DNA of 63,876 nucleotides, counting the filler, from Octopus bimaculoides (Eukaryota): the NCBI RefSeq assembly GCF_001194135.2. It is 11 parts of 10 records of this genome, joined end to end, with 100 filler letters (N's around TTAATTAATTAA, not from the genome) between each part and the next. Parts side by side here need not be neighbours in the genome. Positions count along the whole stretch, not along the records: positions 31,498 to 36,916 come from NC_068983.1; positions 37,017 to 51,992 come from NC_069005.1; 9 more parts are not named here. One strand, written 5' to 3'. Under the pieces are notes generated by a model, which was given only the letters and a program-made list of their open reading frames with translations, had not been told where the DNA came from and ran no database searches. Positions 36,393 through 48,848 of this stretch are shown here, in pieces. Made by a program: the position numbers and the translations under genes. How positions within the stretch are numbered: position 1 is the first letter of the stretch; each line of letters opens with the position of its first letter.

Positions 36393-36916
36393 GGTGGGGA
36401 AGGCATGGGTGGAGTGTGGGTTAGGCTGAGGGTGGGGTAGAAGTAGGGGCATGTGGGTACGGGTGGTGGTGGTGGGTGTAAGGAATTGGATGGGGTGGAG
36501 TGGGAAGGTAGAGTAGGAGTGGGATGAACTTATGAGGGGGGTTGACGATGAAGAGAGAAGGGGAAGGTGGATGTAAGAAAGGGGGAAGGCGGGTATGGGA
36601 GGAGGGAGAAAGAGAGGAAGAGAAAGAGAGTGAGAGAGAAGAGAGTGAGAGAGAAGAGAGTGAGAGTGAGAGAGTAAGAGAGAAGAGAGTGAGAGAGAGA
36701 GGAAGAGAGAAGAGTGTGAGGGTAAGAGAGTAAGGGTGAGAGAGTAAGAGAGTAAGAGAGAAGAGAGTGAGAGAGAGTAAGAGAGAGGAGAGAAAGAGTA
36801 GGGGTGAAGAGAAGTGGGAGTGAAGAGAAGTAGGAAGAGAAGTAGGAGTGAAGAGAAGTAGGAGTGAAGAGAAGTAGGAATGAAGAGAAGTAGGAATGAA
36901 GAGAGGTAGGAGTGAA
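36393..36916. repeat. G-rich and purine-rich tract ending in a 16-bp tandem repeat (TGAAGAGAAGTAGGAG)n
   Basis: Seen directly; bounded by gaps. Confidence 0.85.
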
Positions 36917-37016
36917 NNNNNNNNNNNNNNNNNNNNNNNNNNNNNNNNNNNNNNNNNNNNTTAATTAATTAANNNNNNNNNNNNNNNNNNNNNNNNNNNN
37001 NNNNNNNNNNNNNNNN

Positions 37017-37286
<270 letters not shown>

Positions 37287-37303
37287 GTTGTCATGGAATT
37301 TAC

Positions 37304-37429
37304 CTCGAATATATATCTCCGACACAGTTTCAGGTTTCTCTTTAACCTCCATTTCAATCTGGATATGAGGCTTAAAATATTCATATCCTTCTCTTAAGAT
37401 GAATGTTTTGGGTGGTGCCTCACCATTGT
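37304..37429 (-). CDS. LRRC71: LRRC71-like coding exon 3 (DNGEAPPKTFILREGYEYFKPHIQIEMEVKEKPETVSEIYIRG)
   Basis: Acceptor ctctctgtttccag|, 126 nt, phase 1 to phase 1, donor GAG|GTAAAT. YEYFKPHIQIEM...VSEIYIRG matches human LRRC71 YVFFRPTIQVELE...VKEIYIRGW as recalled. Confidence 0.88.
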
Positions 37430-38876
37430 CTGGAAACAGAGAGTTATTCATAAGTATAGCTCACTAAAAGGAATCTCTATGAAGTTGTTAAACTGGCTAG
37501 AGATAGCAGCCAAATCTTCCTCAGAACAAATACTCTACTGCCTTTGCACATCAGATATTGTATTCTTAGATACTCTATGTCTGTGAAAGAAAAATTGCTT
37601 TGACCATGGATCTTCTCAAACAGGTCAAGCCTAAAGCTAAACAATAGCAAGAACACTACAACAACCCACATCGACAATGTAGCCTTTACATGATCACTTG
37701 ACCTGCTAGATATAACAGCCAAATTTCTCCCTGCTGTTATTTTACATATATTTTACTATGGCCATGTGGTTAAGAAGTCTGTTTCACAACTACACATTGT
37801 AAAGTTCAATCCTCCAGTGCAGCACCTTGCGTAAGAATGTTCTTCTGTAGCTTGCAGTTGATTAAATCTTTGTGAGTGAAATTTAGCTTATCGTTGTTCC
37901 TCCTATTCCTGATGGCATATTCAGTGATGTTTCTGTAGCAATTTCAGTACTGAAGGCAGTTTCTAGCCTCCAGCTCCATCCCTGCTCCCTTTCTTAACAG
38001 GGCCTGGGATCAACTCCATCAGATATCAACTCAGGATTTTGAAGTGATGTAGAAATCCATGACTCTGGATAATATCTCATTCCATGTACTGTCAACTGCG
38101 GACAGGATGGTCATATATGGTATGTTAGAGCCTGGTGAGCCTGGGATTCATAAATAGCAGGGTTGTTATGGCCAGTAGTAATGAGTAAAGTCACTAATAG
38201 ACAGAACTGTATTGAATCCTTTAGGAAGGACTGTACATATTTTATTGGGGTAAACATCATAGATCCACTGGATCAGGGCTGACCTGGGGTGAAACAACAA
38301 CAAAAACAATAGCAGTAAGAACAACAATGATGACCACCACAACACAATCTGTGCAACATTAAGGCAATTCACAATCCTGAACAAAACAATTATATATATA
38401 TATATATATATAGTTATGTGGAGAGTGGAGAAACAAACACAAGAAGAAGCAAGTCAACCGGGCTATATATATATATATATNNNNNNNNNNNNNNNNNNNN
38501 NNNNNNNNNNNNNNNNNNNNNNNNNNNNNNNNNNNNNNNNNNNNNNNNNNNNNNNNNNNNNNNNNNNNNNNNNNNNNNNNNNNNNNNNNNNNNNNNNNNN
38601 NNNNNNNNNNNNNNNNNNNNNNNNNNNNNNNNNNNNNNNNNNNNNNNNNNNNNNNNNNNNNNNNNNNNNNNNNNNNNNNNNNNNNNNNNNNNNNNNNNNN
38701 NNNNNNNNNNNNNNNNNNNNNNNNNNNNNNNNNNNNNNNNNNNNNNNNNNNNNNNNNNNNNNNNNNNNNNNNNNNNNNNNNNNNNNNNNNNNNNNNNNNN
38801 NNNNNNNNNNNNNNNNNNNNNNNNNNNNNNNNNNNNNNNNNNNNNNNNNNNNNNNNNNNNNNNNNNNNNNNNNNNN

Positions 38877-38928
<52 letters not shown>

Positions 38929-38929
38929 C

Positions 38930-39154
38930 CATCAGGAGTTTCAACAGTCTCTATTTCTGCTTCTGGTACTTGGTTGGTTACTTTCTGTGGACTCTTTACT
39001 TTATCAACCTTGCTGTCAATGGAAACAATATTGTTTGGTTGGCTCTGAGAAGGCCATTTTGCTCTTGGTACAATTTCAGGAACGACACTGACAGAATTTC
39101 TTTGGCAGATTTCCTCAAAATCAACTATAAAATTTCCTGTACAGATGTAGGGTT
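38930..39154 (-). CDS. LRRC71: LRRC71-like coding exon 2 (EPYICTGNFIVDFEEICQRNSVSVVPEIVPR...ETPD)
   Basis: Strong acceptor (ttcttcctttatttcag|), 225 nt open, phase 1 to phase 1, donor GATG|GTAATC. The peptide resembles human LRRC71 EEYQCSGVLETDFAELC...PKVVNRPRP as recalled. Confidence 0.85.
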
Positions 39155-39762
39155 CTGAAATAAAGGAAGAAAAAGGTGGAAAAAATATTGCTTATTCTTT
39201 CTGTCTTTGTATTTGTCTTAACCAGTATAAATTTATATTTTTTGTGAGGGTAATAAAATATCAGCATGAGTATTATCTTTTTCACCAAGTTATTGTGTGA
39301 GGAAAATATTTTAGACCATACAAGGAATTTTATTTTGATTAATTGCTTTAAGTCCTGTTTGGACAGATAGTACACTAAACAGTTGATAGGATAAATAAAT
39401 ATTTACATTTTGTTTATTTGTCTGATTGTTGCGCATGCCCACAGAGTTGTGAAAATTCATTCAGCATTGTGAGTTAATTTCATAAGTTGTTTGTGATTCA
39501 AATTATAATGTCTGAAGAAGTGAATGGATACTAAATTTATTGCATGAATTGCATAATTTTGTATGTAATATGAAATAAATAGGGTTCATCCACTGAAACA
39601 TGAGAGGTTACAACAGGTAGGCAAAAATTCAAAAAGTGGCTGACAAAATGTAAACATAAGTTGTGCACAGTGAATTGTATGCTGATAAATGGAAAAGAAA
39701 AATAAAGAGACTGATGTTTTGGATGAACAAATTATAAGCCATATGACTTTTATACATAACAT

Positions 39763-39919
39763 AGGTGCAAGCATGGCTGTGTGGTAAGAAGCTTGCTTCC
39801 AAACCATATGGTTGTTGGTACAGTTCCACTGTGTGGCACCTTGGGCAAGTGTCTTGGGCCAACTAAAGCCTTGTGAGTGAATTTGGTAAAAGGAAACTGA
39901 AAGGAGCCCATCATATATG

Positions 39920-39954
<35 letters not shown>

Positions 39955-40149
39955 TTGTAGCCCATCACTGCTTGACAACTGGTGTTCGTGTGTTTATGTT
40001 CTTGTAATTTAGTGAATCAGCAAAACAGACCCATAGAATAAGGGCTGGGCTTAAAAGAAAAACTACTGGGGCCAAGTTATTTGACTAAAAATTCTTCAAG
40101 GTGGTGCCCAAGCATGGCCACATTCTTATGATTGAAGCAAGTAAAAGAG
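39763..40149 (+). mobile_element. SINE family B in an LRRC71 intron
   Basis: Diverged full-length copy. Confidence 0.8.
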
Positions 40150-40279
40150 AGCAATATTTGATCCAGTCGACATTTTTTATTTTTTCTGTCACCATTCCCT
40201 GAGTATATGTTTTTGAATCTCAGCATGTGTGTTCCTGTGTCTTTGTGTCATGTGGTGGTGGTGGTGGTGGTGGTGGTGG

Positions 40280-40365
<86 letters not shown>

Positions 40366-40479
40366 CCTTGCGTATGCACATACATGTCTGTCAACATCTC
40401 TTTAGCAGCTCTTTCTGTGTGTTCTTGTACTCGTCCTCAATCATCACTTCTACCTCTCGACCATGTTTAGCTGAATGCT

Positions 40480-40690
40480 ATGTGATCCTGGTCACTTACC
40501 AATTTGGATGTGATCAGGATCATATAGAAACACAGTGCACTTCAAACTCACAAGAGAAATGGACAGAGAGTTAGTTGTGGTTGCTAAGTTTACCATGGGT
40601 GAAGAATATACCACTCAATATAGACATGTGGTTAGTGACTTCATAGAAAGTGTTAGACACAAAGTCAAAAGATCACATGTAAAAAAGGGA
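40480..40690 (+). mobile_element. RTE-type LINE AP-endonuclease fragment
   Basis: The peptides LVTYQFG and DRELVVVAKFTMGEEYTTQYRHVVSDF resemble the RTE endonuclease end (ITY.SG...GEEC..QHRLVV.DF). Confidence 0.5.
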
Positions 40691-40699
40691 TGTAAATCA

Positions 40700-40738
<39 letters not shown>

Positions 40739-41358
40739 TAGGTAATGAAAAATTATAGAGGTGAACTCTTTTCAAGAAACAACAGCGTAGGGCACAATTT
40801 ATTGAGAGATTAGATTAAAGTATTAATTTGAAAGAGACAAGTTCCAAGGTCAATAATACTCCTTATCAAAGCTGACACATATCTAAACATGGAGGGCATA
40901 TATAAGCCATTATAAGCACGCGAACACATAACATATAAAAACATATATATACATATAATAGAGTAATTCTGTGCCCAAATCAAAGTTGGATAAGTAATTG
41001 CATAAATATATGCAGATAGATTAAGAAGACCAAGCTTGATGAGATAACAGTTCACAATAATCGAAAAGGGAAGTCCCCAAATGAATTCATTAAATAGAAA
41101 GAGTCTTACGGCCATTTCTGGGAATATGCAAAGAAATGTGTAGGTAAAACCTTTTGAACTTCAGGAATCCACATATCCTTCATCAGAGAATATGTACGGA
41201 TTTGGAATTTTTAAACAGAATCATAAAATTATTCGTTAGCAAATAACATGGAATCCCAGAACTTATGAAATTTTTATACCTGTATACAATTATTTTTACA
41301 ATTTCATGAATAATTTCATGATTCTGTTTAAAAATGAAATGAAATAAAGATAAATTAC

Positions 41359-41485
41359 CTGATCGCTTGTCTGTGAGTTCATCAGATTCTCCTGCAAGGG
41401 TCTTGTCTTTACTTCTGTCTGACTTTTTGTCTTTAACATCTTTTTTCTCTTTCTTGCTTGACTTTTTCTCTTTCCCTTTTTCCAT
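41359..41485 (-). CDS. LRRC71: LRRC71-like, first coding exon (MEKGKEKKSSKKEKK...ELTDKRS; full exon 41494..41359)
   Basis: Acceptor tctgcttctatttggtcag| before 41494; ATG at 41485 in context acaATGG; donor CAG|GTAATT after 41359. Ends in phase 1 and joins the next exon in frame. Confidence 0.75.
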
Positions 41486-41562
41486 TGTTAAACACTGACC
41501 AAATAGAAGCAGAGTCATATTAGACTATATATATACCTTTGTGTGGGTGTGTATACATATAT

Positions 41563-41609
<47 letters not shown>

Positions 41610-42734
41610 GCCATATGGTAAAAAAGTTTGTTTTACAACCACTTGGTTTCTGGTTTGAACCCACTGCCCAGTACCTTAAGTGAATGTCATTTACTGTAAA
41701 CTCAGGCTGACCAATATTTTGTTTAATTTGTTAGATGGAAACTGCACAAAAGTCTGTTTCCCCACTCTCGTCCCCTCTTTTCCCACTCTCGCCCCCTCTT
41801 TCCCCACTGCACAGCTCATGCTCATTTTCTATTCGCTCTCCTTATCAACAACCAACATGCTGATGTCTACCAGTCTCTCTTCCATTACTCCCTCCTACCA
41901 GTTTCTCACACCCCTTTCTCTCTCTCTCCCTTCTCCTTATCAGTTATATTTGTTTCGGATGAATGTGGAGAAGTCAGAGACAAGACAACCTCTTTAGTGC
42001 TGGCTCCACAGTAAAAATGCAGCCAGTAGACTCAGTAAAGTAGTCAGTAAATGAATGGTGCAAACATAGGATAGGGAGGACATGACAACCTTCCTAGTGC
42101 TGGCAATATGTTAAAATATACCTAATTTATTTTGTAAAATGGTTGGTGTTAGGACAGAAATTGAGATATAGAAGTCATGCCAGAATAGAGTGTATGAGAA
42201 CGCTATGGTCCTCTAGCTCATCTAAGAGAGGATTAACTGTAAATATGAAGTAATACAGATAATGATAATCCATCTAACCCATGCCAACATGGAAAGCTAA
42301 CAGAAAATTATGATATATGTATGTGTACACTAAATCATTCAGTTGCTTGCCTTTGGGTCCCATAAACTGGCAAATTGATGAAATAAATATCAGACTGAAA
42401 TTAGTATTGGAGTTGATATGATTGACTAAAACTCTTGAAAGTGCTGCCCCAACATGGTCACAGTCTAATGACTGACACAATTAAAAGAATACAAGTATAT
42501 CTCATGGGATCCAAAGAAACTAGCAATGGTCTGTGATATTCATCTGTTACCAGGTTAAACACCTGACACTTCAGTGCCTTTAAGAGAGTCCAGTTTGTTG
42601 CAAGAATTCAGGTCAGATCTCTGATCTGAGGATAATTTCCTCTCTTCGTCCCTTTGCTCTCAGAGGTCCTGTAAAACTTCCTGGGCTTTGCTCTTACTTC
42701 CATAAACAGATCAGCAAATTACTGGTTTTGAATT

Positions 42735-43415
42735 TGGGTACAAGGCCTGCAATTTCGTGGGAGGGGGTAAATCGATTACATTGACCCAAGTGTTGAACTG
42801 GTATTTATTTTAATGAACCCAAAAGGATGAAAGGCAGAATCGAACTCAGCAGTATTTCAACTCAGAACTGCTGCTAAACATTTTGCCTAGTGTGCTAACA
42901 ATTCCTTTTCTACTCTAGGCACAAAGGCCGAAATTTTGGGGGGAGGGGGCCAGTCAATTAGATTGACCCCAGTACACAACTGATACTTAATTTATTGACC
43001 CCAAAAGGATGAAAGGCAAAGTTGACCATGGCAGAATTTGAACTCAGAATGTAAAGACAGACAAAATACCTATTTCTTTACTGCCCACAAGGGGTTATAC
43101 ACAGAGGGGACAAACAAGGGCAGACAAACAGATTAAGTCGATTATATCGACCCCAGTGCGTAACTGGTACTTATTTAATCGACCCCGAAAGGATGAAAGG
43201 CAAAGTCGACCTCAGCGGAATTTGAACTCAGAACGTAGCGGCAGACGAAATACCGCTAAACATTTCTCCTGGTGTGCTAACGTTTCTTATTTCTTTATTG
43301 CCCACAAGGAGCTAAACATAGAGGGGACAAACAAGGACAGACAAAGGGATTAAGTCGATTACATTGACCCTATTTCGCCCAGTGCGCTAATGTTTCTGCC
43401 AGCTTGCAGCCTTCA
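42735..43415 (-). mobile_element. Nested or tandem cluster of SINE family A copies
   Basis: gaccccgaaaggatgaaaggcaaagtcgacctc.gcggaatttgaactcagaa recurs three times. Further copies lie at about 3870-4060, 8404-8575, 8925-9100, 25455-25620, 29620-29830, 62400-62770 and 63620-63830. Confidence 0.8.
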
Positions 43416-43427
43416 ATAATAATAATA

Positions 43428-44535
43428 GTATCAAAAGAGGAATTTTCCAGGGGGACTCGTTGTCCCCTTTAACATTTGTTCTACATTTGATCCCCCTCAG
43501 TATAGTATTAAGCAAGGCAAAGGCAGGGTACAGTTCAGAAATAGTAATGGAAAAATTAACTGTTTGCTCTATATGGATGATCTGAAGTTTTTTAGTAAGA
43601 ATGAAAAAGAGATAGATTCCTTAATACAGACTGTAAGACTCTTCAGCAAAGATATTGGCATGGAATTTAGCATAGATAAGTGTACAATATTAGCCATAAG
43701 AAGGGGACAGGTAGTCAACAGTGAAGGCATCCAATTACCAGTTGGCCAAACATTAAAGTCATTGAAAGAAGGAGAGAGTTGTATCAAGGAGTATTAGAAT
43801 CTGACAAAGTATTAACTACAGAAATTGAAATGAAAATTGAGGAGTACATCAGAATGGTAAGGAAGCTAATGGTCTGAATCTAGTAAAGGCTGTAAATACT
43901 TGGGCAGTATCATTACTTAGATACTCAGCAACTTTTGTAGATTGGACAAAAACTGAATTAGCAAAGCTAGACAGAAGAACTAGGAAGGAATTCAATATGA
44001 ATGGATGACTCCACCCAAGAACAGGAGTAGCAAGATTATACCTACCTAGAAAGGAAGGTGGAAGAGAGTTGATATTAGTAGAAAACTGCATAGAGTTAGC
44101 TAGAGTAGATATAGACTCCTATGTAGGTAATAGTGAAGAAAGTTTATTAAAAGCTGCTAGAATCACAGCAAGATATAGGGAAACCAAAATACCAAACGAA
44201 CTTAAAAACCAGAAAAAAAGAATAGAAATTATCTGATTGGCAGGAGAAGGCGTTGCATGGTAGATTCCTAAAGATAGTTTCAGTAAATACTAGTAGTGAG
44301 ACATGGTTATGGCTGCAGAAGGGAAAGCTGGAGAGAGAGAGAGAGAGAGAAAGTTTGTTAGTAGCTGCACAAGTTCAAGCATTAAGGGTTAATTGGATAA
44401 AAGCCAAAATAGACGAAAACCAAGTAGATTCCTAATGTAGATTATGCAAATCAAAAGAGGAAAGCATTACTCATATAGTAAGTGGATGTAGCATGCTGGC
44501 ACAGAAAGAATACAAGAAAAAACATTCTAACATTG
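43428..44535 (+). mobile_element. R4/Dong-like (restriction-like endonuclease) non-LTR retrotransposon fragment: RT C-terminal half to the CCHC knuckle
   Basis: GIFQGDSLSP; LLYMDDLK; FSKDIGMEFSIDKC; LHPR...RLYLPRKEGGR; LHGRFLK; ESLLVAAQVQAL; [18 protein letters not shown]. Contains stops and frameshifts. Confidence 0.9.
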
Positions 44536-44619
44536 CCAATAGCACCTTTCATGGGAGAGTATCATTTTCAGAAAACATGACTCTCCCACATTTTTTAGTT
44601 GAGGAAAACAATACACTTC

Positions 44620-45965
44620 AAGGCGTACTTCCATACGTGTTGCCTCCACCGAATTTGTTGCCTCATAACTTCCAGAAAAATGGTTATTTTTTAATGAAAT
44701 TTTCTACAAATACACTTCAGGTAGTTTAGATTTTGATTATATCGAAGTATGTAGTGAAAAAAATTTCAGAGGGTTAGGTAAGGAGTTTCAGAAAATTCTC
44801 ATGAAACAGCTTTCTTTACTTATAAATTTCAGAATAATGGGTAATTTTGTAAAAACCTACACTTTGTTTTCCAAGCTGAGATTCGAAACGGAATCTAAGG
44901 ATTCTCGCTCGTCTGATCCCCTACTGGCCAAACAGGCGCGAAAGAAATTTCTTTGTCCTGTCAAAAAATGATGGATGAATTTCTCTTCGACCTATGACCC
45001 GAGCTGTGTCATTTAAATTTCAAGTGGACAGGAGGTGACCAACATAAGTAGAAATTACTCCTGTAGTATGTCTGTCCTTCTAGCTGTCATGACCATTATA
45101 AATACAGCAATCTGTCAAGGGACAGCAGAGAGAGCCATCACCAAGCAGGCAGCCAGCGACTAACTTGCGCCAGTCATGCAGTCAATATGGAACCACATAT
45201 TCAGCATGTAGCAGTCGCAGAACATAAACAGACACCACTGAATGACCAACGCACACACAGACACAAAACATGCCCGGTTCTACCTCATCACATCGACACA
45301 GTATTTCTCCTGTTTATTTTCTTCTTCACCAACTCGAAGCAATTTGGTAATGTCATGCAGTGAATTTTTTGGTGTATACAACAAGTAAATGCAAGTGTCG
45401 ATTAAAGAAATTATTTAAACTACAATCCATCTGCTGCCTCAACATCTTTTGCTACACCATTCCCACTACAATTTTATAATGAAAGTTTCTATAAATAGCT
45501 TTCACAGTGTGTAGATTACGATTATATTGGAATTTGGTGTGAAAAAAATTTGATGGACTCGTATACATACACACTGATACATGTTACATATATCTACAAA
45601 ATGAAACTAGAAATTTCGAAAAAAAATTGTAATGTATGTCAATATGTATATGTACGTGCTCACTGTTTTTCTTTTCATATTAAATTCCATTATAATCACA
45701 ATCTACACACTCTGAAAAATATCTGTAGAAAATTTCATTAAAAAATACTAATTTTTCTGAAAGTTATGAGGAAACAAAGCCAATTCGTGCAAATTTTCAG
45801 AAACTCCTCTCCCCACCAACAGAAAAATGTTTTCACAACAAATTCCAATATAATCGGAATCTACATCGTTTGAAGCGTATTTATAGAAAACATGATTTTA
45901 AAATAACCATTTTTCTGGAAGTTAAGAGGAAATAAACTCGGTGAGAGGTACACGTGTTGGTATGC
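44620..45965. mobile_element. Unclassified 1.3-kb element with long, internally repetitive terminal inverted repeats
   Basis: About 44630-44850 aligns to the reverse complement of about 45700-45960 (cctc.taacttccagaaaaatggttatttt..; gtagatt..gattatat.g.aa). An extra direct subunit lies at about 45470-45560. Confidence 0.65.
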
Positions 45966-46489
45966 ACAGGTAAGCACACTTCGACATGCAAATCGCTGTT
46001 ATTGTTGTTGTTGCTTAACCCCAGATCAGTCCAGATTCTGCAGAACTGTGTTCAAAGTACAGCATACCTAACGCAATATCATCCAGCGAGGCCTTCCCAT
46101 TTTAAGACTGTAATGTGTTAAGGTGGATTTGGCTGTTATTTCTAGCTTGTAGAGTAGCCTCGTATAAAATGCTTCCTTCTTTGTTGCATGCATGCTTGTG
46201 TGTGTGTGTGTGTGTTGTGAGTGTGCGTGTGTGTTGCGAGGGTTGTGGTCACACACTGAACTGGTCACTTACATCAGGTTTGGATTGGACCACAATATGA
46301 AGCTGACGATACAATGATGTGTCTATGTGTGTGCGTGTGTGTAGCTTTGTTCTTACCCTCAAGAATATACATACTCAAATGCATACACAAAGTAAAAGCC
46401 AAAAAAAAAAAAAAGCTGCATCAACTCACGGTCTTTCGTGTTTCGCGGTTGACAGTAGCGCACAATATATTGTCATCAATAAACTCGTG

Positions 46490-46504
46490 GTAACTAATGG
46501 CAAC
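46490..46504. promoter_or_regulatory. RFX X-box (GTAACT-AAT-GGCAAC), candidate LRRC71 promoter
   Basis: One mismatch to GTNRCC(N0-3)RGYAAC. It sits in a CpG-richer patch directly upstream of minus-strand donors ACC|GTGAGT (46430/46429) and AGG|GTAAGA (46357/46356). Confidence 0.5.
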
Positions 46505-48485
46505 CGCTGTAAAGTTATCGGTAGTTATTTCCCTTGCATCAATTTCCCCAGTATCCAGACTTCATGTCACCGTGATCAGTCAAGTACATAAAACTAAGTT
46601 GCTATCGTTGTTTAGCTCCGTGAGAGAGTCTACATTTGATTAAAAGCGTTCCACCCATGACTTCCCCGTTTTATTTTAAGACAACGTAACTAGGACCACA
46701 TTATTCGATACATCCCTTCTGTCATAAAGTTATGATTTTAGAGAAATTTGGCTGCTATTTCTAGAGGCTTTCTCATTGGACTCCTGTTGTTTTGCCGCAA
46801 ATCAGTCCCAGTCGAACAGATCCGTGATCAGACATTCCAGCCATGGCCATCCATTTTACTCTTTATGAGTATCTAAGACTGACTTGTCAAATGTTACTTC
46901 CCTATCTTACCAACTGAACAAAATATGCTTCACCGAGGAGGCGTAATAAGACCGAAACATGCTTTTTACTTTCACCAGTTGGCTTTAAAGATTAGATTTG
47001 CTCCATTCCGTATTGTCCAAAAATTCGATCGCTTAATCTTATCAGAATCATCCTCTTTTATTGCTGTTTACAGATTTTATTCACTATGAGAAGTCTTTGA
47101 TCTTTCACAAGTTGTAGGATTCGTAAAGCCAAAGTTTAACTCGCTTTCCAAGGCATATCAGTGATTGAGACAACACGCCTCCCACCCTGAACGGGGCACC
47201 CGTCTGTTGCTTACTTCACAGTTATTGCCGGAATTCATTTAACACTGAGTGGAATGGAGCAACAGAAAGGAAATGCTTCACTCAAGTGCATCACCTACTC
47301 TGATAATTGAAGTTCCGATCGTAAGATCGTGAGTGCAACAAACTAAACACTAGGCCATGCACCTTCGCTGAGAGGGAGGGGTTGTCTACTAATTGCTTGA
47401 ATAATCTCGGTTGAGGGAACTTTTTCAATTCAGTGTTTCTATATTAGTATTTAGTATGCTTCACTGAAATATTTTCCCTCTGCTATATTGTTGATATATA
47501 TATATATCTATATAAGGGCATTACTACAGAATAATGCCACACACTAGACTTCCGTAATAAAAATGCCCTTATATAAATATGAATAAATAAATATATTCTT
47601 GGGAATAAAAAAAAGATGGATTTTTTTTTTCCCTTATGAGTTTTTTTACGCTAGCTTCTTTGATAAAATTCTTGTAAAAGATTTTNNNNNNNNNNNNNNN
47701 NNNNNNNNNNNNNNNNNNNNNNNNNNNNNNNNNNNNNNNNNNNNNNNNNNNNNNNNNNNNNNNNNNNNNNNNNNNNNNNNNNNNNNNNNNNNNNNNNNNN
47801 NNNNNNNNNNNNNNNNNNNNNNNNNNNNNNNNNNNNNNNNNTATATATAAATGTATGTATGAACAATATTCCCCTATTTCTTTTTATACTTGATCAATTC
47901 CTCACTTAGTAACTAGGGTGAAGAATATTTTGCTGAAAAGGTCTCATATGACCAAAACATATCTGTTACTTTCAGCAATTGGCATTAAAGACCCTAACCA
48001 CTCGAATCTGTATTACTAACAGAAACAGAATCACAACACTCTCTTTGGTATAGACATGCGGGCATACACACATTATGCATGAATATGTGTCTATGTAAAT
48101 GCATACATGCCTACTTATCTACCAACCTATCTAATCTACCTACCTTCACACACACACACACATACATACATACAATGTTTACAACTGTATGTGTATCTGA
48201 CTGACCTTCACGTGTATACACATATATTTCTAAAAATGATGAAATTATAGCTGCTGAAGATATAAATATCCTGGATTTCTTTATTCTTTGTTTTGACTTC
48301 AAATTCCTCTGATGTTGACTTTGTCTTTTATCCTTTCTGGATAAAAGTACCAGTTGAACATTAAAGTCGATATAATCGACTTATCCCCTCCCTGTGCCAA
48401 AAATCCCAAACCCTTATTAATCGAAATCTCTATAGTTTTACTTAGTTCAATGGGGAAGCTTTATGGTTACATATATATTAGTGCA

Positions 48486-48848
48486 TGTTGGCACTCCGTC
48501 GCTTACGACGTCGAGGGTTCCAGTTGATCCGATCAACGGAACAGCCTGCTCGTGAAATTAATGTGCAAGTGGCTGAGCACTCCACAGACAGGTGTACCCA
48601 TAACGTAGTTCAGCATGACACAGTGTGACAAGGCTGACCCTTTGAATTATAGGCACAACAGAAACAGGAAGTAAGAGTGAGAGAAAGTTGTGGTGAAAGA
48701 GTACAGCAGGGTTCGCCACCATCCCCTGCCGGAGCCTCGTAGAGCTTTAGGTGTTTTTGATCAATAAACACTCACAACGCCCGGGAATCGAAATCGCGGT
48801 CCTACGACCGCAAGTCCGTTGCTCTAACCATTGGGCCATTGCGCCTCC
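48486..48848 (-). mobile_element. tRNA-derived SINE, family C (head GGAGGCGCAATGGCCC)
   Basis: A/B-box-like head at the right end; near-identical to 58361-58750. Confidence 0.85.
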
